From Nannocystales bacterium (lineage in GTDB: Bacteria > Myxococcota_A > Polyangia > Nannocystales > Nannocystaceae), in the NCBI GenBank assembly GCA_050633305.1, contig JBOEGF010000018.1, positions 192,001 to 256,000 of the forward strand: a stretch of 64,000 nucleotides of DNA, written 5' to 3'. The position numbers and the translations under genes were made by a program. The notes under the pieces were generated by a model that saw nothing but the letters and a program-made list of their open reading frames with translations, was not told the origin of the DNA and searched no databases. Shown here one piece after another: positions 1-10,400 of this stretch (its first letter is position 1; each line of letters starts with the position of its first letter).

Positions 1-2440
1 CGACCTCACCCGCGCGGGCGAGTTCGGCCGCCGCAAAGATCTCGCCCGTGTCGTTGGACGGATCGTGGACCGTGGTGACGCCGAAGGTCAGCGTCGCGTA
101 GTGCATCCAGTTCTGCTGCGGCGTGATGCCGGACTCGCCCTGTGAGCCATGGGCGTGCACATCGACCAGGCCGGGGATGATCGTTTTCCCGCTCACGTCG
201 ATGCTCGTGGCGCCGCCGGGCACGGTCACTTCGCCTCGCTTCCCCAGGGCTTCGATGCGATCGCCTTTGACCACGATCACGCCGTCCTCGATCACCTCGT
301 CGCCCTTCATCGTGACGATGCGGGCGCCCGTGAGCGCGAACGTCGTGTTCGGGACGTAGCTGTCGACATCGAAGCCGATGTCGGTCCCCGCTTCGGGTGG
401 CTCGGGGAGCTCTTCGGGGGCGCCGTCGATGAACGAGAACGCCTCTTTGAGGTCGCGCGCGAACAACTCGGGACCGGTGGACCAGTACAAGCGTTCGCTG
501 TTGCCGGACCAGTGCATGTAATCGCCCGTGTCACGGCTGACCCGCCGGATGGGAAGGGCCTTGGAGGTGGGGCTCACATCGAAACTACGGCCGGTCGCGG
601 GGAGCGGTGCGACGTAAGCGTTGAAGCCCTCCTGAAACGCCAGCCACTTTCCGTCGGGAGAAACCCGCATGCGGTTGGCCTTCTCGGAGCCCACGTGCGT
701 CCGGAGGTCCGAGCCATCGAGTTCAACGCTTCGCAGCTCGCGCTTGCCCTTCTTGCCGAACCCGGTGAAGAACACGCGGTCGTCCTCGGCGCCGAAGTGC
801 GGGCTGCTCCCGCTGTGGCTGATGAGCGCAGGGGTTCCGCCGCGGGTGGGGACGCTATACAGACCGGTGTCTTCGCTCCACAGCGGCGAGGTGAGCCAGC
901 CGCCGCCACCCTTGCGGAAGACGATGGTGCTGCCGTCAGGGGAGAACACGGGGTCGAAGTAGTGCCCGGGCGCTTTGGTGACCGTGCTGCTCCGCCCGCC
1001 GCTGGCAGGAACGGTGCGGACGCTGGCGAGCCCCTCGTCGGTCCAAGACACGAACACGACCCGCTTCCCGTCGCGGGAGAAGGACCCAAAGAACTCGTGC
1101 ACGTCCTTGTCGTTGGTCAAGGGTTTGGCTTGGCCGCTGGGCAAGCTACGGACGTACAGCCGCCCCAGGGCCTGGAAGATGACTTTCTTGCCGTTCGGGG
1201 AAACGACGACGTCTCGCAGCATTTTGGTGTGAAACGACTTGGGGTGGGGGTCGACCTCGTGTCGAAGTGCCTCGACCACTTCACGGGTATCCTTGACCCG
1301 GAAGGGGATGTTGCTGACGTTGCCCGACTTCAGGTCGACGCGGTGGAGCTTGCCCTCTCCCCAGTAGACGAGCTGGCTGTTGTCCGGGGTCCACGCCATC
1401 GTGGGGTATACGCCGTGGATCGCCCACGTCTCCTGCATGTCGCGGTCGAGGTTTCGAGCGACGATACGCTCGGCTCCGGAGGCCAGGTCCTTGACCGCGA
1501 GGACGGTGTCGAGACCTTGCCGCCGAACGAACGCGAGTTGCTTGCCGTCGGGGGATGGAGTGGGCCGTACTGCGCCACCGATCCCGCCGACGAAGACCTC
1601 GATGTGTCCGTCGGCGCGGTCCATCCGCTTGATGTCGTAGATGCCCGCGTGCGGGTCTTTGTTGTATTCGAAGACGTCGCCCGGGGTGGTGTCCTGGCTG
1701 AAGTACAGCCACTTGCCGTCGGGGGAGAACGCGGGCTCCCCGACGTCCTTCTGGTCGTTGGGCTTCTCCGTCATGCGGACGCCCTTGGTGTCACCGCCGA
1801 TGTGGTACAGCCACATCTCACCCGAACCCAGGCTTCGCCGAGCGGTGAAGTGCTTGTGGGCCACGATGAACTGGCCATCGGGGGTCCATGCGGGGCTGTT
1901 GACCAGGCGGAAGTCCTCTTTGGTGATCTGGCGCGGTTCACCTCCCTCAGCAGGGAGTACCCAGATGTTGTCGGCGCCGTCGCGGTCGCTGGTGAATGCC
2001 AACCATTTCCCGTCCGGGCTGAAGACGGGCTGCATGTCCCACGACATGCCCTGGGTCAGCGGGGTGGCCTCTCCGCCTTCGAAGGGGATGCTGTAGAGAT
2101 CGCCGAGCAGGTCGAAGACGATGGTCTTGCCGTCAGGACTCAGTGTGAGGCTCATCCACGTCCCCTCATCGGTGTCGATGCTGACCTTCTTCCGCGGACC
2201 AGGCGCCTTTTCGACGTCCCACGCTTCCTTCTTCTTGGCCTCGTCCCCTGCGTTCCCGTCGGATTTTTCCGGGGGAGGCTCCGGTGGCGGGGAGGGATGG
2301 AAGCTCAGCGAGTCGTCCCCCTTTTCCGCTTGGGTCGCGTCCGGTGTCTGCGTCTCCCCGCCCTGACGACAGCCTGGGGTGACGAAGCACGCCAACAGAA
2401 GAAGCGTTTTCAGCGAGGAGGAGCGCGCGGTGGGAGCCAT
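1..2440 (-). CDS. PD40/TolB-like beta-propeller + amidohydrolase family protein, probable lipoprotein (3' end runs off the window)
   Basis: Not in the ORF track; translated manually from ATG at 2440: MAPTARSSSLKTLLLLACFVTPGC...WDVEKAPG...DEGTWMSLTLSPDGKTIVFDLLGDLY...MQPVFSPDGKWLAFTSDRDG (PD40-type repeats). Near position 1 the same frame reads IIPGLVDVHAH (amidohydrolase HxH metal motif) ...FGVTTVHDP. Confidence 0.9.
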   Translation of the reverse strand, partial: MAPTARSSSLKTLLLLACFVTPGCRQGGETQTPDATQAEKGDDSLSFHPSPPPEPPPEKSDGNAGDEAKKKEAWDVEKAPGPRKKVSIDTDEGTWMSLTLSPDGKTIVFDLLGDLYSIPFEGGEATPLTQGMSWDMQPVFSPDGKWLAFTSDRDGADNIWVLPAEGGEPRQITKEDFRLVNSPAWTPDGQFIVAHKHFTARRSLGSGEMWLYHIGGDTKGVRMTEKPNDQKDVGEPAFSPDGKWLYFSQDTTPGDVFEYNKDPHAGIYDIKRMDRADGHIEVFVGGIGGAVRPTPSPDGKQLAFVRRQGLDTVLAVKDLASGAERIVARNLDRDMQETWAIHGVYPTMAWTPDNSQLVYWGEGKLHRVDLKSGNVSNIPFRVKDTREVVEALRHEVDPHPKSFHTKMLRDVVVSPNGKKVIFQALGRLYVRSLPSGQAKPLTNDKDVHEFFGSFSRDGKRVVFVSWTDEGLASVRTVPASGGRSSTVTKAPGHYFDPVFSPDGSTIVFRKGGGGWLTSPLWSEDTGLYSVPTRGGTPALISHSGSSPHFGAEDDRVFFTGFGKKGKRELRSVELDGSDLRTHVGSEKANRMRVSPDGKWLAFQEGFNAYVAPLPATGRSFDVSPTSKALPIRRVSRDTGDYMHWSGNSERLYWSTGPELFARDLKEAFSFIDGAPEELPEPPEAGTDIGFDVDSYVPNTTFALTGARIVTMKGDEVIEDGVIVVKGDRIEALGKRGEVTVPGGATSIDVSGKTIIPGLVDVHAHGSQGESGITPQQNWMHYATLTFGVTTVHDPSNDTGEIFAAAELARAGEV

Positions 2441-2532
2441 GCGAGGCCATTGCTACCACCGCCGCGAGGCATACGTCAGCCCCCGCCCTTGCGTGCCCCC
2501 GCCTCCGGGGGCGATGCTGCGTCGCCGCGCCC

Positions 2533-4197
2533 ATGGAAGCCCTGGAACATTTCGTAGAGAGCATCAACTCGCTCATCTGGTCCTCGGGCATCCCGGTCGG
2601 CGATCAGACGATCCCGTTCATCGTCATCGCACTGCTGGGCGTTGGCTTCTTCCTCACGTTCCGGTTGGGCCTGATCCAGTTTCGACGCCTGGGGCACGGC
2701 ATGGCGGTCGCCACAGGTCGCTACGACGACCCGGACGATCCCGGCGACGTCTCGCACTTTCAGGCGCTGTCCACCGCACTCTCCGCCACGGTTGGGATTG
2801 GCAACATCGCCGGAGTCGCGATCGCCTTGCACTGGGGTGGTCCGGGGGCGCTGTTCTGGATGTGGATCACCGCGCTACTGGGCATGGCGACCAAGTTTGC
2901 GGAGGTTACGCTGGCCCAGAACTACCGCGCGAGTGGGGACGACGGCGTGGCAGGCGGGCCGATGTACTACATCGAGAAAGGCCTCGGCCCGAAGTGGAGG
3001 CCGCTGGCGTTGTTCTTCGCCGTGGCCCTCGGACTGACCGCGTTCTTGACTGGCAACGGAGTCCAGTCCAACACGGTCGCCGACACGATGGTCAGCACGT
3101 TTGGTGTGCCCGCATGGGTCACCGGACTTGTGGCTGCGGCGGTCGTGGGTGGGGTCATCCTTGGCGGCATCAAGCGCATCGGTCGGTTCACGTCGATCCT
3201 CGCGCCTGCGATGGCCGGGCTGTATGTCAGCGGGGCGCTGGTCATCCTGGTGATGAACGCCGGGGAGATCTGGCCCGCCCTCAACCTCATTGTCTCGGAA
3301 GCCTTCAACCCAACCGCCGGCGTTGCGGGCACAGGCGTCGGCGCGTTCTTGGTCACGGCGATGTGGGGCGTTAAGCGAGGTTTGTTCTCCAACGAGGCGG
3401 GACAAGGCAGCGCACCGATCGCACACGCTGCGGCCAAGACCGACGAGCCCGTCTCCGAGGGCGTCGTTGCACTGCTCGAGCCGTTCATCGACACGATTCT
3501 GATCTGCACGATGACCGCGATGGTCATCATCATCACCGGCGTCTGGAAGGACCGGATGCCCACGGAACTCCCGGTTTCGCGCGGGGACATGACCTTCGTC
3601 GAGCTGAAGGACGACGGCTCGTTCACGCAGATCAAGGGCACACCGGAAAGCGTGGTCGTCGAAGACGGAGCTTCGATCGGGCCGTCGGTCGCGTGGCACG
3701 ATGCGCCGGTCCAGGAGCTCTACGTCGACGAGGGCCAGAAAACCCTGTTCACCGGAACGATCGACCCGGCCGGGAAGGTGGCGGTTGGCTCGGACGGAAC
3801 CGAGTACGACACGCTCTACGGCTACGCGGTCGAGAGCGGCGCGCCCCTGACGATGCTCGCGTTCCGCCGCGGCCTCGCGCCGTTGGGAGACTTTGGGCAC
3901 CACATCGTCCTGCTGTGCGTGCTCTTGTTCGGCATCTCCACCGCGATCTCGTGGAGCTACTATGGGGACCGCTGCGCCAACTACGTGCTCGGGCCCAAAG
4001 CCGTCGGTCCGTATCGCGCGGTCTTCGTGTTGATGCACTTCCTCGGCGCCGTGGTCCCGCTCTCGCTGGCGTGGACGCTTGGGGATGTCCTCATGGGTGT
4101 GGTCATCTTGCCGAACTTGATCGCGCTGGTCCTGCTCTCGCCCAAGCTCGTGGAGCTGACCAAGGACTACTTCGAGCGCCAGCCCTGGAAGCGTTGA
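2533..4197 (+). CDS. Alanine/glycine:cation symporter (AGCS, AlsT/AgcS family)
   Basis: SHFQALSTALSATVGIGNIAGVA, GGPGALFWMW, GGPMYYI, RGLFSNEAGQGSAPIAHAAA and SWSYYG motifs; many TM segments. Confidence 0.95.
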   Translation: MEALEHFVESINSLIWSSGIPVGDQTIPFIVIALLGVGFFLTFRLGLIQFRRLGHGMAVATGRYDDPDDPGDVSHFQALSTALSATVGIGNIAGVAIALHWGGPGALFWMWITALLGMATKFAEVTLAQNYRASGDDGVAGGPMYYIEKGLGPKWRPLALFFAVALGLTAFLTGNGVQSNTVADTMVSTFGVPAWVTGLVAAAVVGGVILGGIKRIGRFTSILAPAMAGLYVSGALVILVMNAGEIWPALNLIVSEAFNPTAGVAGTGVGAFLVTAMWGVKRGLFSNEAGQGSAPIAHAAAKTDEPVSEGVVALLEPFIDTILICTMTAMVIIITGVWKDRMPTELPVSRGDMTFVELKDDGSFTQIKGTPESVVVEDGASIGPSVAWHDAPVQELYVDEGQKTLFTGTIDPAGKVAVGSDGTEYDTLYGYAVESGAPLTMLAFRRGLAPLGDFGHHIVLLCVLLFGISTAISWSYYGDRCANYVLGPKAVGPYRAVFVLMHFLGAVVPLSLAWTLGDVLMGVVILPNLIALVLLSPKLVELTKDYFERQPWKR

Positions 4198-4207
4198 ACG
4201 CGGCCCA

Positions 4208-5041
4208 TCACAGGCTGAGCATGGCGCCTTCGGGCGCCTTGGCTTGCAGCGCGCGCTCGTCGACAAACATCGTGTTGATCATCGACCCGCCGCGGACCGC
4301 ATAGCCCCGTGCGCGGAGCAGCTCGATCGCCGGTCGCACCAACGCGCTGGAGTCGAACACCGCCGTCTCCACGCATATGACGGTGGGACGAACTCCTCCC
4401 TCGGACATGGAGGTGAGGATCTCGAGGTCGAGCCCTTCGACGTCGATGCTCAGGAGGTCGAGTCCCTTCGTGAAGTGTTGCTCGATCAGAGCGTCGACCA
4501 AGACCAGCTTCATATCGATGGTGTTCTCCAGCGCGCGGCCCTGCGCGAGGTAGCGGTCGACCTGCTCCTTGGAGAACGTGTTGAGCTGGGGTCGATCTCG
4601 AATCAGGTAGTACGGTGCGGACTCTGCTTCCCCCACGCCGACCCCGGCGTTCACGACGACATCTCGCGGGCGGACCTCGCTCAGCATCTTGGCCATCGGC
4701 GGGTTCGGCTCCACCAGGACACCTTGGCCGCCCGAGAGATACGCGAGGTACGTGTTGCTCCCGATGGTCGGGTGAAACGCGCCAATGTCGAGGTAGCGGG
4801 GTTTGGTGACACCGAGCATGCTCAGCGCCTGCATCAGCATCAGGTCTTCGCCCTGCTGAGCGTAGGTGACCTGGCGCCCATCCGGGGGCTGAGGCCCGAG
4901 TTTCGGGACGGGCAGCACAGGGGGAGGCGTGGCGGCTTTGGGTGCTGGGGGAGCCGTGCCAGCGGGGGCCGGCTCATCGGAGCACGAGGGCAGGCTGCAC
5001 AGGGTGAGTCCGGAGCCGAGGAGGAAGTTGCGACGATCCAT
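4208..5041 (-). CDS. FkbM family SAM-dependent methyltransferase with N-terminal Tat/lipoprotein-like signal
   Basis: YAQQGED, YLDIGAFHP..SNT, GVLVEPNP, DLLSIDVEGLDLEIL and RPTVICVE motifs. Start re-assigned to ATG 5041 (MDRRNFLLG...LPSC). Confidence 0.85.
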   Translation of the reverse strand: MDRRNFLLGSGLTLCSLPSCSDEPAPAGTAPPAPKAATPPPVLPVPKLGPQPPDGRQVTYAQQGEDLMLMQALSMLGVTKPRYLDIGAFHPTIGSNTYLAYLSGGQGVLVEPNPPMAKMLSEVRPRDVVVNAGVGVGEAESAPYYLIRDRPQLNTFSKEQVDRYLAQGRALENTIDMKLVLVDALIEQHFTKGLDLLSIDVEGLDLEILTSMSEGGVRPTVICVETAVFDSSALVRPAIELLRARGYAVRGGSMINTMFVDERALQAKAPEGAMLSL

Positions 5042-5135
5042 GCGGAGCGCGACCACGGTATCAGGGCGCGCTCGGTCTGCCGCTGGGCCGAGGAACTTGC
5101 CGGCGTGCGGTCTGCGAGGGGGCGGAAGAGCTCGG

Positions 5136-7346
5136 CTACGTCGGGGTGGCTTGGTCTGCAAGGATCCGTGCCGAGATATTGTCCGCTTCGCGGTCGTAGG
5201 TGGCGGCAGCTTCCTTGTCGCCGGCGTGCTGAAGCGCGCGTCCGAGCGAACGCAGTCCGGCCGCGACATCTTCGTGGTCTCGGCCGTGGGTCTCGGTCAA
5301 AATGTCCACGGCACGCGCGAAGTGTTCGGCAGCCTCCGCGGGGCGTTGCTGCAACTCCAGCAGAACCCCGAGCCGGGAGTGGGTGTTTGCGACGCTGGGA
5401 TTCCAAGGGCCCAGGTGCTCTTGCCGTGCGTCGAGGGCCTGGCGGACGAGCTGCGTCGCGCGGTCGTGGGCGCCTCGGAGCCGGAGGACGTGCGCCAAGT
5501 CGAGTTGAGCTGGGACGATGTCGGGATGGTCCGAGCCCCACGCTTCGATCGCGAGCCGCAAGCTCTCTTCGTGCAGCACCTGGGCCGTGTCGAGCTCACC
5601 ACGGGCCATCGACACGTAGCCCTTGGAGCGCTCCAACTCGGACCGGTCCTGGGGGTCGAGCTCGACCCGAGTTGCAAGTGCGATGGCTGGCTTGAGCCAG
5701 CGCTGGGCGGCGTCGAACGCTTGAGCGCTTGCGAGCGTGGATGCCAGGGACGCCGACAGCTGGATGGCCAGGCGATCGTCTCCGTACTCCAGAGCCATCC
5801 AGTACGCGGCTTCTTTGGCGGTTGCGGCGGCGCCAAGGTCCCCCCGTCCGACCTCGGCCTCGCCCATCGCCGCCAACGCGTGCATCTCTACGAACGGTGC
5901 GGATTCTTTTCGTGCGGAGTTGAGCACGTCTCGAAATACATCGGCTGCTTCGGCTGCACGGCCCGAGCGCAGCACACCCAGGCCGTGCGCCAACTTCCTC
6001 ATCAGGGGCCGCGACACGGTGAGGGCGGGCCCTGGGTGGTCAACACAACCGCTGAGCGGGCCCATCGCGCGTGTGATGGAGAACGGCGCAGACACGAGTC
6101 TTCGGTCCGCGGCAAAGTACGCCTCCAGGACCCCCGCGAGTCGAACGATGCGGTCTTCGAAGCAGGCAGCGGTCGCTTCGTAGGCCTGCTTGTCGACGGA
6201 TTTTTCGACAAGACCGGCCTCGCACGCGGCGTGAGCATGTTGTTTCCAGTCTTCGACGTATGCGTCGGTATCCGCGGAAAAACGGTCCCAGCTCTTGGTG
6301 GCACCGGCCCAATCTACGGCCAAGAAGCGGCGCCGGAGTCCCGCCCGGCGGCTGCCATGCCAGACCGCGTCAGCGGGTTTCGAAACGTGGTCGCAACGCG
6401 TTGATCGTTCGAGCTGAACACCGGCGATCACGGCGGCGACGCCCATCGTGCTCGTCACGAGGGTTGCCAGCCGGCGCCGGTTTCGTACGGGGTTGCGGGT
6501 CAGCGCCTCGACGAGTTCCTGCATGTTTGCGAACCGCGCTGTCCGCTCGACCTGCAGCCCACGTTTGAGGGCGGTGGCCACCGAGAGCGCTTGTGAGCCC
6601 CATCCTGTGGAGGCGGGTCGCTGAAGCTCGCTCCCCAGGCGCTCGCCGAACAGTGCCTCCCACGCGGTCACGCAGAAGGCGTATTGGTCGGCCAGGGCAT
6701 CCGCGGGGTGGCCTTGCCGTTGCTCGGGGGACCAGTACGCGGGCGTACCGACGGGGATTCCAGGGTGTGTCTGCGCGGCGGAATCGTCTCGGTTGACGCG
6801 GTGGCTTCGCGGGTCGGGGAGGGTGCGCGTTGCAGTCCCTCGAGCCAAGCCGAAGTCGGCAACCCGGACCCGGCCATCCTGCCCGACGAGGATGTTGGCG
6901 GGCTTGAGGTCGCGATGCACGATCCCTGCTCGGTGGGCAGCCGCCAGTCCTCGACCGGCCTGGACGATCAACTCGAGAGTCTGACGGAAGCGCGCGGATG
7001 GCACCGGGCGTGCGGCGAGCCAGTGATCGAAGTCCACCCCGTCGACCATCTCCATCGCGACAAACACTTGGCCGTCTGCGGAGCCGACCTCGTGAACGGT
7101 CACCACGTTCGGGTGGCTGAGCTTGGCCAGCGTTCGGGCTTCTCGCTCGAGCCGCAGTCCGGCGCTGGAATCGGCGTCACCGGCCTGTGGCTGCAGGACC
7201 TTGAGCGCGACACTTCGGTCGAGCTGGGGATCGTAGGCCCGATGCACCGTCCCCATGGCCCCCGAGCCGATATGACCTACGACCAGGAACCGGCCCAGTC
7301 GCATGGGTTCCGGTCCCTCGGGAGGGGTCTGTGTGCTCCGCGTCAT
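5136..7346 (-). CDS. Ser/Thr protein kinase with TM segment and C-terminal TPRs
   Basis: GSGAMGTV, VALK, HRDLKPAN, DFGLA and GTPAYWSPEQ motifs; hydrophobic segment; kinesin-light-chain-like TPRs (GSDHPD, GPWNPSVA, GRDHEDVA). Confidence 0.93.
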   Translation of the reverse strand: MTRSTQTPPEGPEPMRLGRFLVVGHIGSGAMGTVHRAYDPQLDRSVALKVLQPQAGDADSSAGLRLEREARTLAKLSHPNVVTVHEVGSADGQVFVAMEMVDGVDFDHWLAARPVPSARFRQTLELIVQAGRGLAAAHRAGIVHRDLKPANILVGQDGRVRVADFGLARGTATRTLPDPRSHRVNRDDSAAQTHPGIPVGTPAYWSPEQRQGHPADALADQYAFCVTAWEALFGERLGSELQRPASTGWGSQALSVATALKRGLQVERTARFANMQELVEALTRNPVRNRRRLATLVTSTMGVAAVIAGVQLERSTRCDHVSKPADAVWHGSRRAGLRRRFLAVDWAGATKSWDRFSADTDAYVEDWKQHAHAACEAGLVEKSVDKQAYEATAACFEDRIVRLAGVLEAYFAADRRLVSAPFSITRAMGPLSGCVDHPGPALTVSRPLMRKLAHGLGVLRSGRAAEAADVFRDVLNSARKESAPFVEMHALAAMGEAEVGRGDLGAAATAKEAAYWMALEYGDDRLAIQLSASLASTLASAQAFDAAQRWLKPAIALATRVELDPQDRSELERSKGYVSMARGELDTAQVLHEESLRLAIEAWGSDHPDIVPAQLDLAHVLRLRGAHDRATQLVRQALDARQEHLGPWNPSVANTHSRLGVLLELQQRPAEAAEHFARAVDILTETHGRDHEDVAAGLRSLGRALQHAGDKEAAATYDREADNISARILADQATPT

Positions 7347-7461
7347 CCGAAGTCGTGTCTACCCCGGTGGTTCTTCGTGGGGTCGATTGGCGTAGCACTC
7401 GTGTTGCGTGCGGGCAACGTGCGGGCTCCGGCGGTGAGCTCGACGTGCCCCCGGGCACGCT

Positions 7462-10400
7462 CTACTTCACGACTTCGATCGCTTCGATCTCCATCTGTCC
7501 TAGGGAGACCAACGCCAAAACGTCGGAGACCTCCAGCGGTAGGTGACCGGCGGTGACGGCCATCCGTCCCCATGTCGGGTCGATCTCGAACCATCGCTTG
7601 CCGTCGTGATAGGCGACCCAGGCATGCGCGACCATGTCGTCGCCCTCAGCTGCCATTCCGCTTCGTACCTCGGCTGGCACACCTGCCGCTCGCAACAGGG
7701 AAACGGTGAGCAGCGCGTACTCGCTGCAATCGCCTCGTCCGACTTTGAGGATCTGGGTCGCGTCGATCGAGCGAGGCGTCACCTCGTACGCGACCCGCTC
7801 GTGGACCCACTGGGTGATCGCGGTTGCCTTGGCGGTGGCGTCCATGTCGGGCTTGGTCAAGGAATCTCGAACGGTCTCGATCTCCGGAGCATGAATCCGT
7901 AGGTCGTTGGAGGTCTTGAGCAGCTCCTTCTCTCTCGATTCGCTGAGTACGGCCGCGGCATCCGTGTCACGTGCCTTGGCGCGGACAACAAGCTCGACGT
8001 GGGTCTCGTCGACGGCGCGGGCGGATCCCCGCGCCGAAGGATAGACGGACTGGTCGACGAAGGTCTGGGCGTCGCCGACCGCTAGCTTGAATCGCAACGT
8101 GCCATCGGTCTCCGAGCGCGGGAGCGTGCGGGGCAGTGCGGCTGCGTTTCGGAATCGGGCAGAGGCCAACCACTGGTCCACCACCTCGCTGGCGTCGCGG
8201 TCTCGAAGCCGAAGGGACATGCGACCCTGCATGCGACCCACGCGGGTGGATGGCTCCCAGGTTGCCTCGAACCCGACGTCCTCGACCAAGCCCACCGCGC
8301 CGGCGAAGAACCGCAGGACGACACGATCGAGGCCGGTTGCTGTGACGGGGATCTTTGCGATGACCTTGGACGCGCGCGCGCCGTCGAAGCTACCGCGGCC
8401 GAGGAGGTGAGGACCGCCCGTGCGAGCGGGGGGACGGGAGAGGGCGGTGCGGAGCAATGCCTCGGTGCTGGCGATCAGGACGAGGCCGTCAGCCGAGCCG
8501 TACCACCAGCCCGCACGTGACCGCTTCGGCGTCCCGGTTGGACCGCGGACGCCGGACTTCGCTGCCGCAGCACGGAGGGGTTTGCTGGATGGGAAGACGA
8601 GGACCCACTGCTTCCAAAGCCCATCCCCGACCGCGGGATACCAGCCCAACGCGGCGCCGGTGCTCCGCAGGAGGAGCTCGGTTGGCGGCACGACATCACC
8701 GGCGGCGAGTTCCACTTCGGTGAGTTCGCGTAGATCGTCGTCGTCTTTCTGTTCGGGGTAGCCGACGACGAGCGTGCTGACGGCTCCGGGAGGCAAATGC
8801 CCGTGGGCGTTGGTCATGTCCAAGACGTGCGCGTCGGTCGTGGCCGAGTATTGGAATGCGACCCCCTTGCCGTCCGCGACCACCTCGCTGGCGACGCTGG
8901 CATCGTCGATGGGCGAACTCATGCCCATGAATGCTGCTTGGAGGGCGCTACCGTCTTTCCAGCCTCGGGTGAGCGAGATGAACTCCGGATCCTGACCCAG
9001 GCTTGGAGTGTCCTCAGCGGGCTCGAACAACACCCGGCGAGCCATGAAGTCGTTGGAGAACACCAAAACCCGGTCTCCCACGAACAAGTATCGCTCTGCG
9101 TCGGTGCCGATCGAGGAGGTCTGTGCGTCGATGATGGCGTAGTAGTGCAGCTCGTGGCCGGCGATGCGTTTGCGATGCCGGAAGCGTTCGGTTCGGCGCT
9201 CTTCTGGGTCCTCCTGCGGTTTGTCTTCCTTTTCGACCTCTTGGTAGACGAGCTCGTGTAGCACCCCGGGAAGGATGCTCAGAGCCACCGGAAGCAACCC
9301 GGCTCCGTTGGAGAGCCTCAACACGATCGCCAGGCCTGCATCCGAATCGTAGCCGCGTTGGCCCAGCTCGGTGAGCAGCGCGTCCTGATCGAGGACTGTC
9401 GCCGCGCACACGAAACCGCTGTCACCCGCCATGTTCGCGCATTCGATGGGCTCGGAGAGATCCAGCCCACCGCCTTCGAGCAAGGCATCGAAGCCGTTGG
9501 TTTTTCGTACCGACTCCACCGCACGGTCGAGCATCAGGCGCACCGTGGGGTCACCGGGGTCGAGTCGCTGGGCCAGGTCGAGTACGGTGCTGGCGAACAA
9601 GCCCGGAGAGGCGACCCTGGAGAAGGTCCAGTGCCGCGTCGGAAGGAGCTCGGGGAGGGGGGACTTGGCCAATACCTCTGCAGAGCGGGGCTTCTTGGCG
9701 GCCCTCGCCATGGCGCGTTGGGCGGGGTTGAACGACTTGGCGTCGTGGGCAGCGCCGGCGACCACCTTGCCGTGCCAGTCGCTGAACTGCCGCAACATCT
9801 TGGCGATGTTCTGGTGGCCCTCCTCTTTGTCGTCGAAACGCTTGGCCACGTTGCGCAAGCGCGGCCCGTCTTGTGCGTCGGCCAGCTCGACCAGGCCGTA
9901 GCCTAGAGAGCGGGTTTCCCATCGACGCTCCTTGGGCAACGTCTTGGGGTCGAGCGCGTCGAAGCGCGACCGAACGGCTCTTGCGTAGACCGAGGGCTCG
10001 GCCACCTCGAGGACGTCGAAGGCCAGGAATGCGAGGCTAGGAGGACCCTGCACCGCGGTCTCATAGGCCTGTGCCGTGTCGACGAGTCCCGGCCGCTGGG
10101 AGGCGATGACCCACGCGTCTTGTACAGCGTCCTCTTCGCCACCGGCGAGCAGCTCGGCGGTCCAGCGGCGAGCGTTGATCTCGGGCAACGCCAACCCGAG
10201 TTCGATACGGCCACGCGGCCCGGTCTCGGTCCGGTCGAAGTAGTCCGGTGCCGACAGAGGGATGCCCATCGGGAGCAAGTGCTTGGCGTCTCGCAGCGCA
10301 CGGGAGGGGTGGTGGAGGACGGCCTTGCGGCCCCACGCGTGGAGGCCAGCGTCGTCATCGAGCAGCGTGGCCAGCGATACGCGCCGAGCGGTGCGGTCCC

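Noticed and set aside
149..2557. 802-aa plus-strand ORF
   Set aside because: Antisense shadow of the minus-strand PD40/amidohydrolase gene, which has clear motifs but is missing from the track because it runs off the window.
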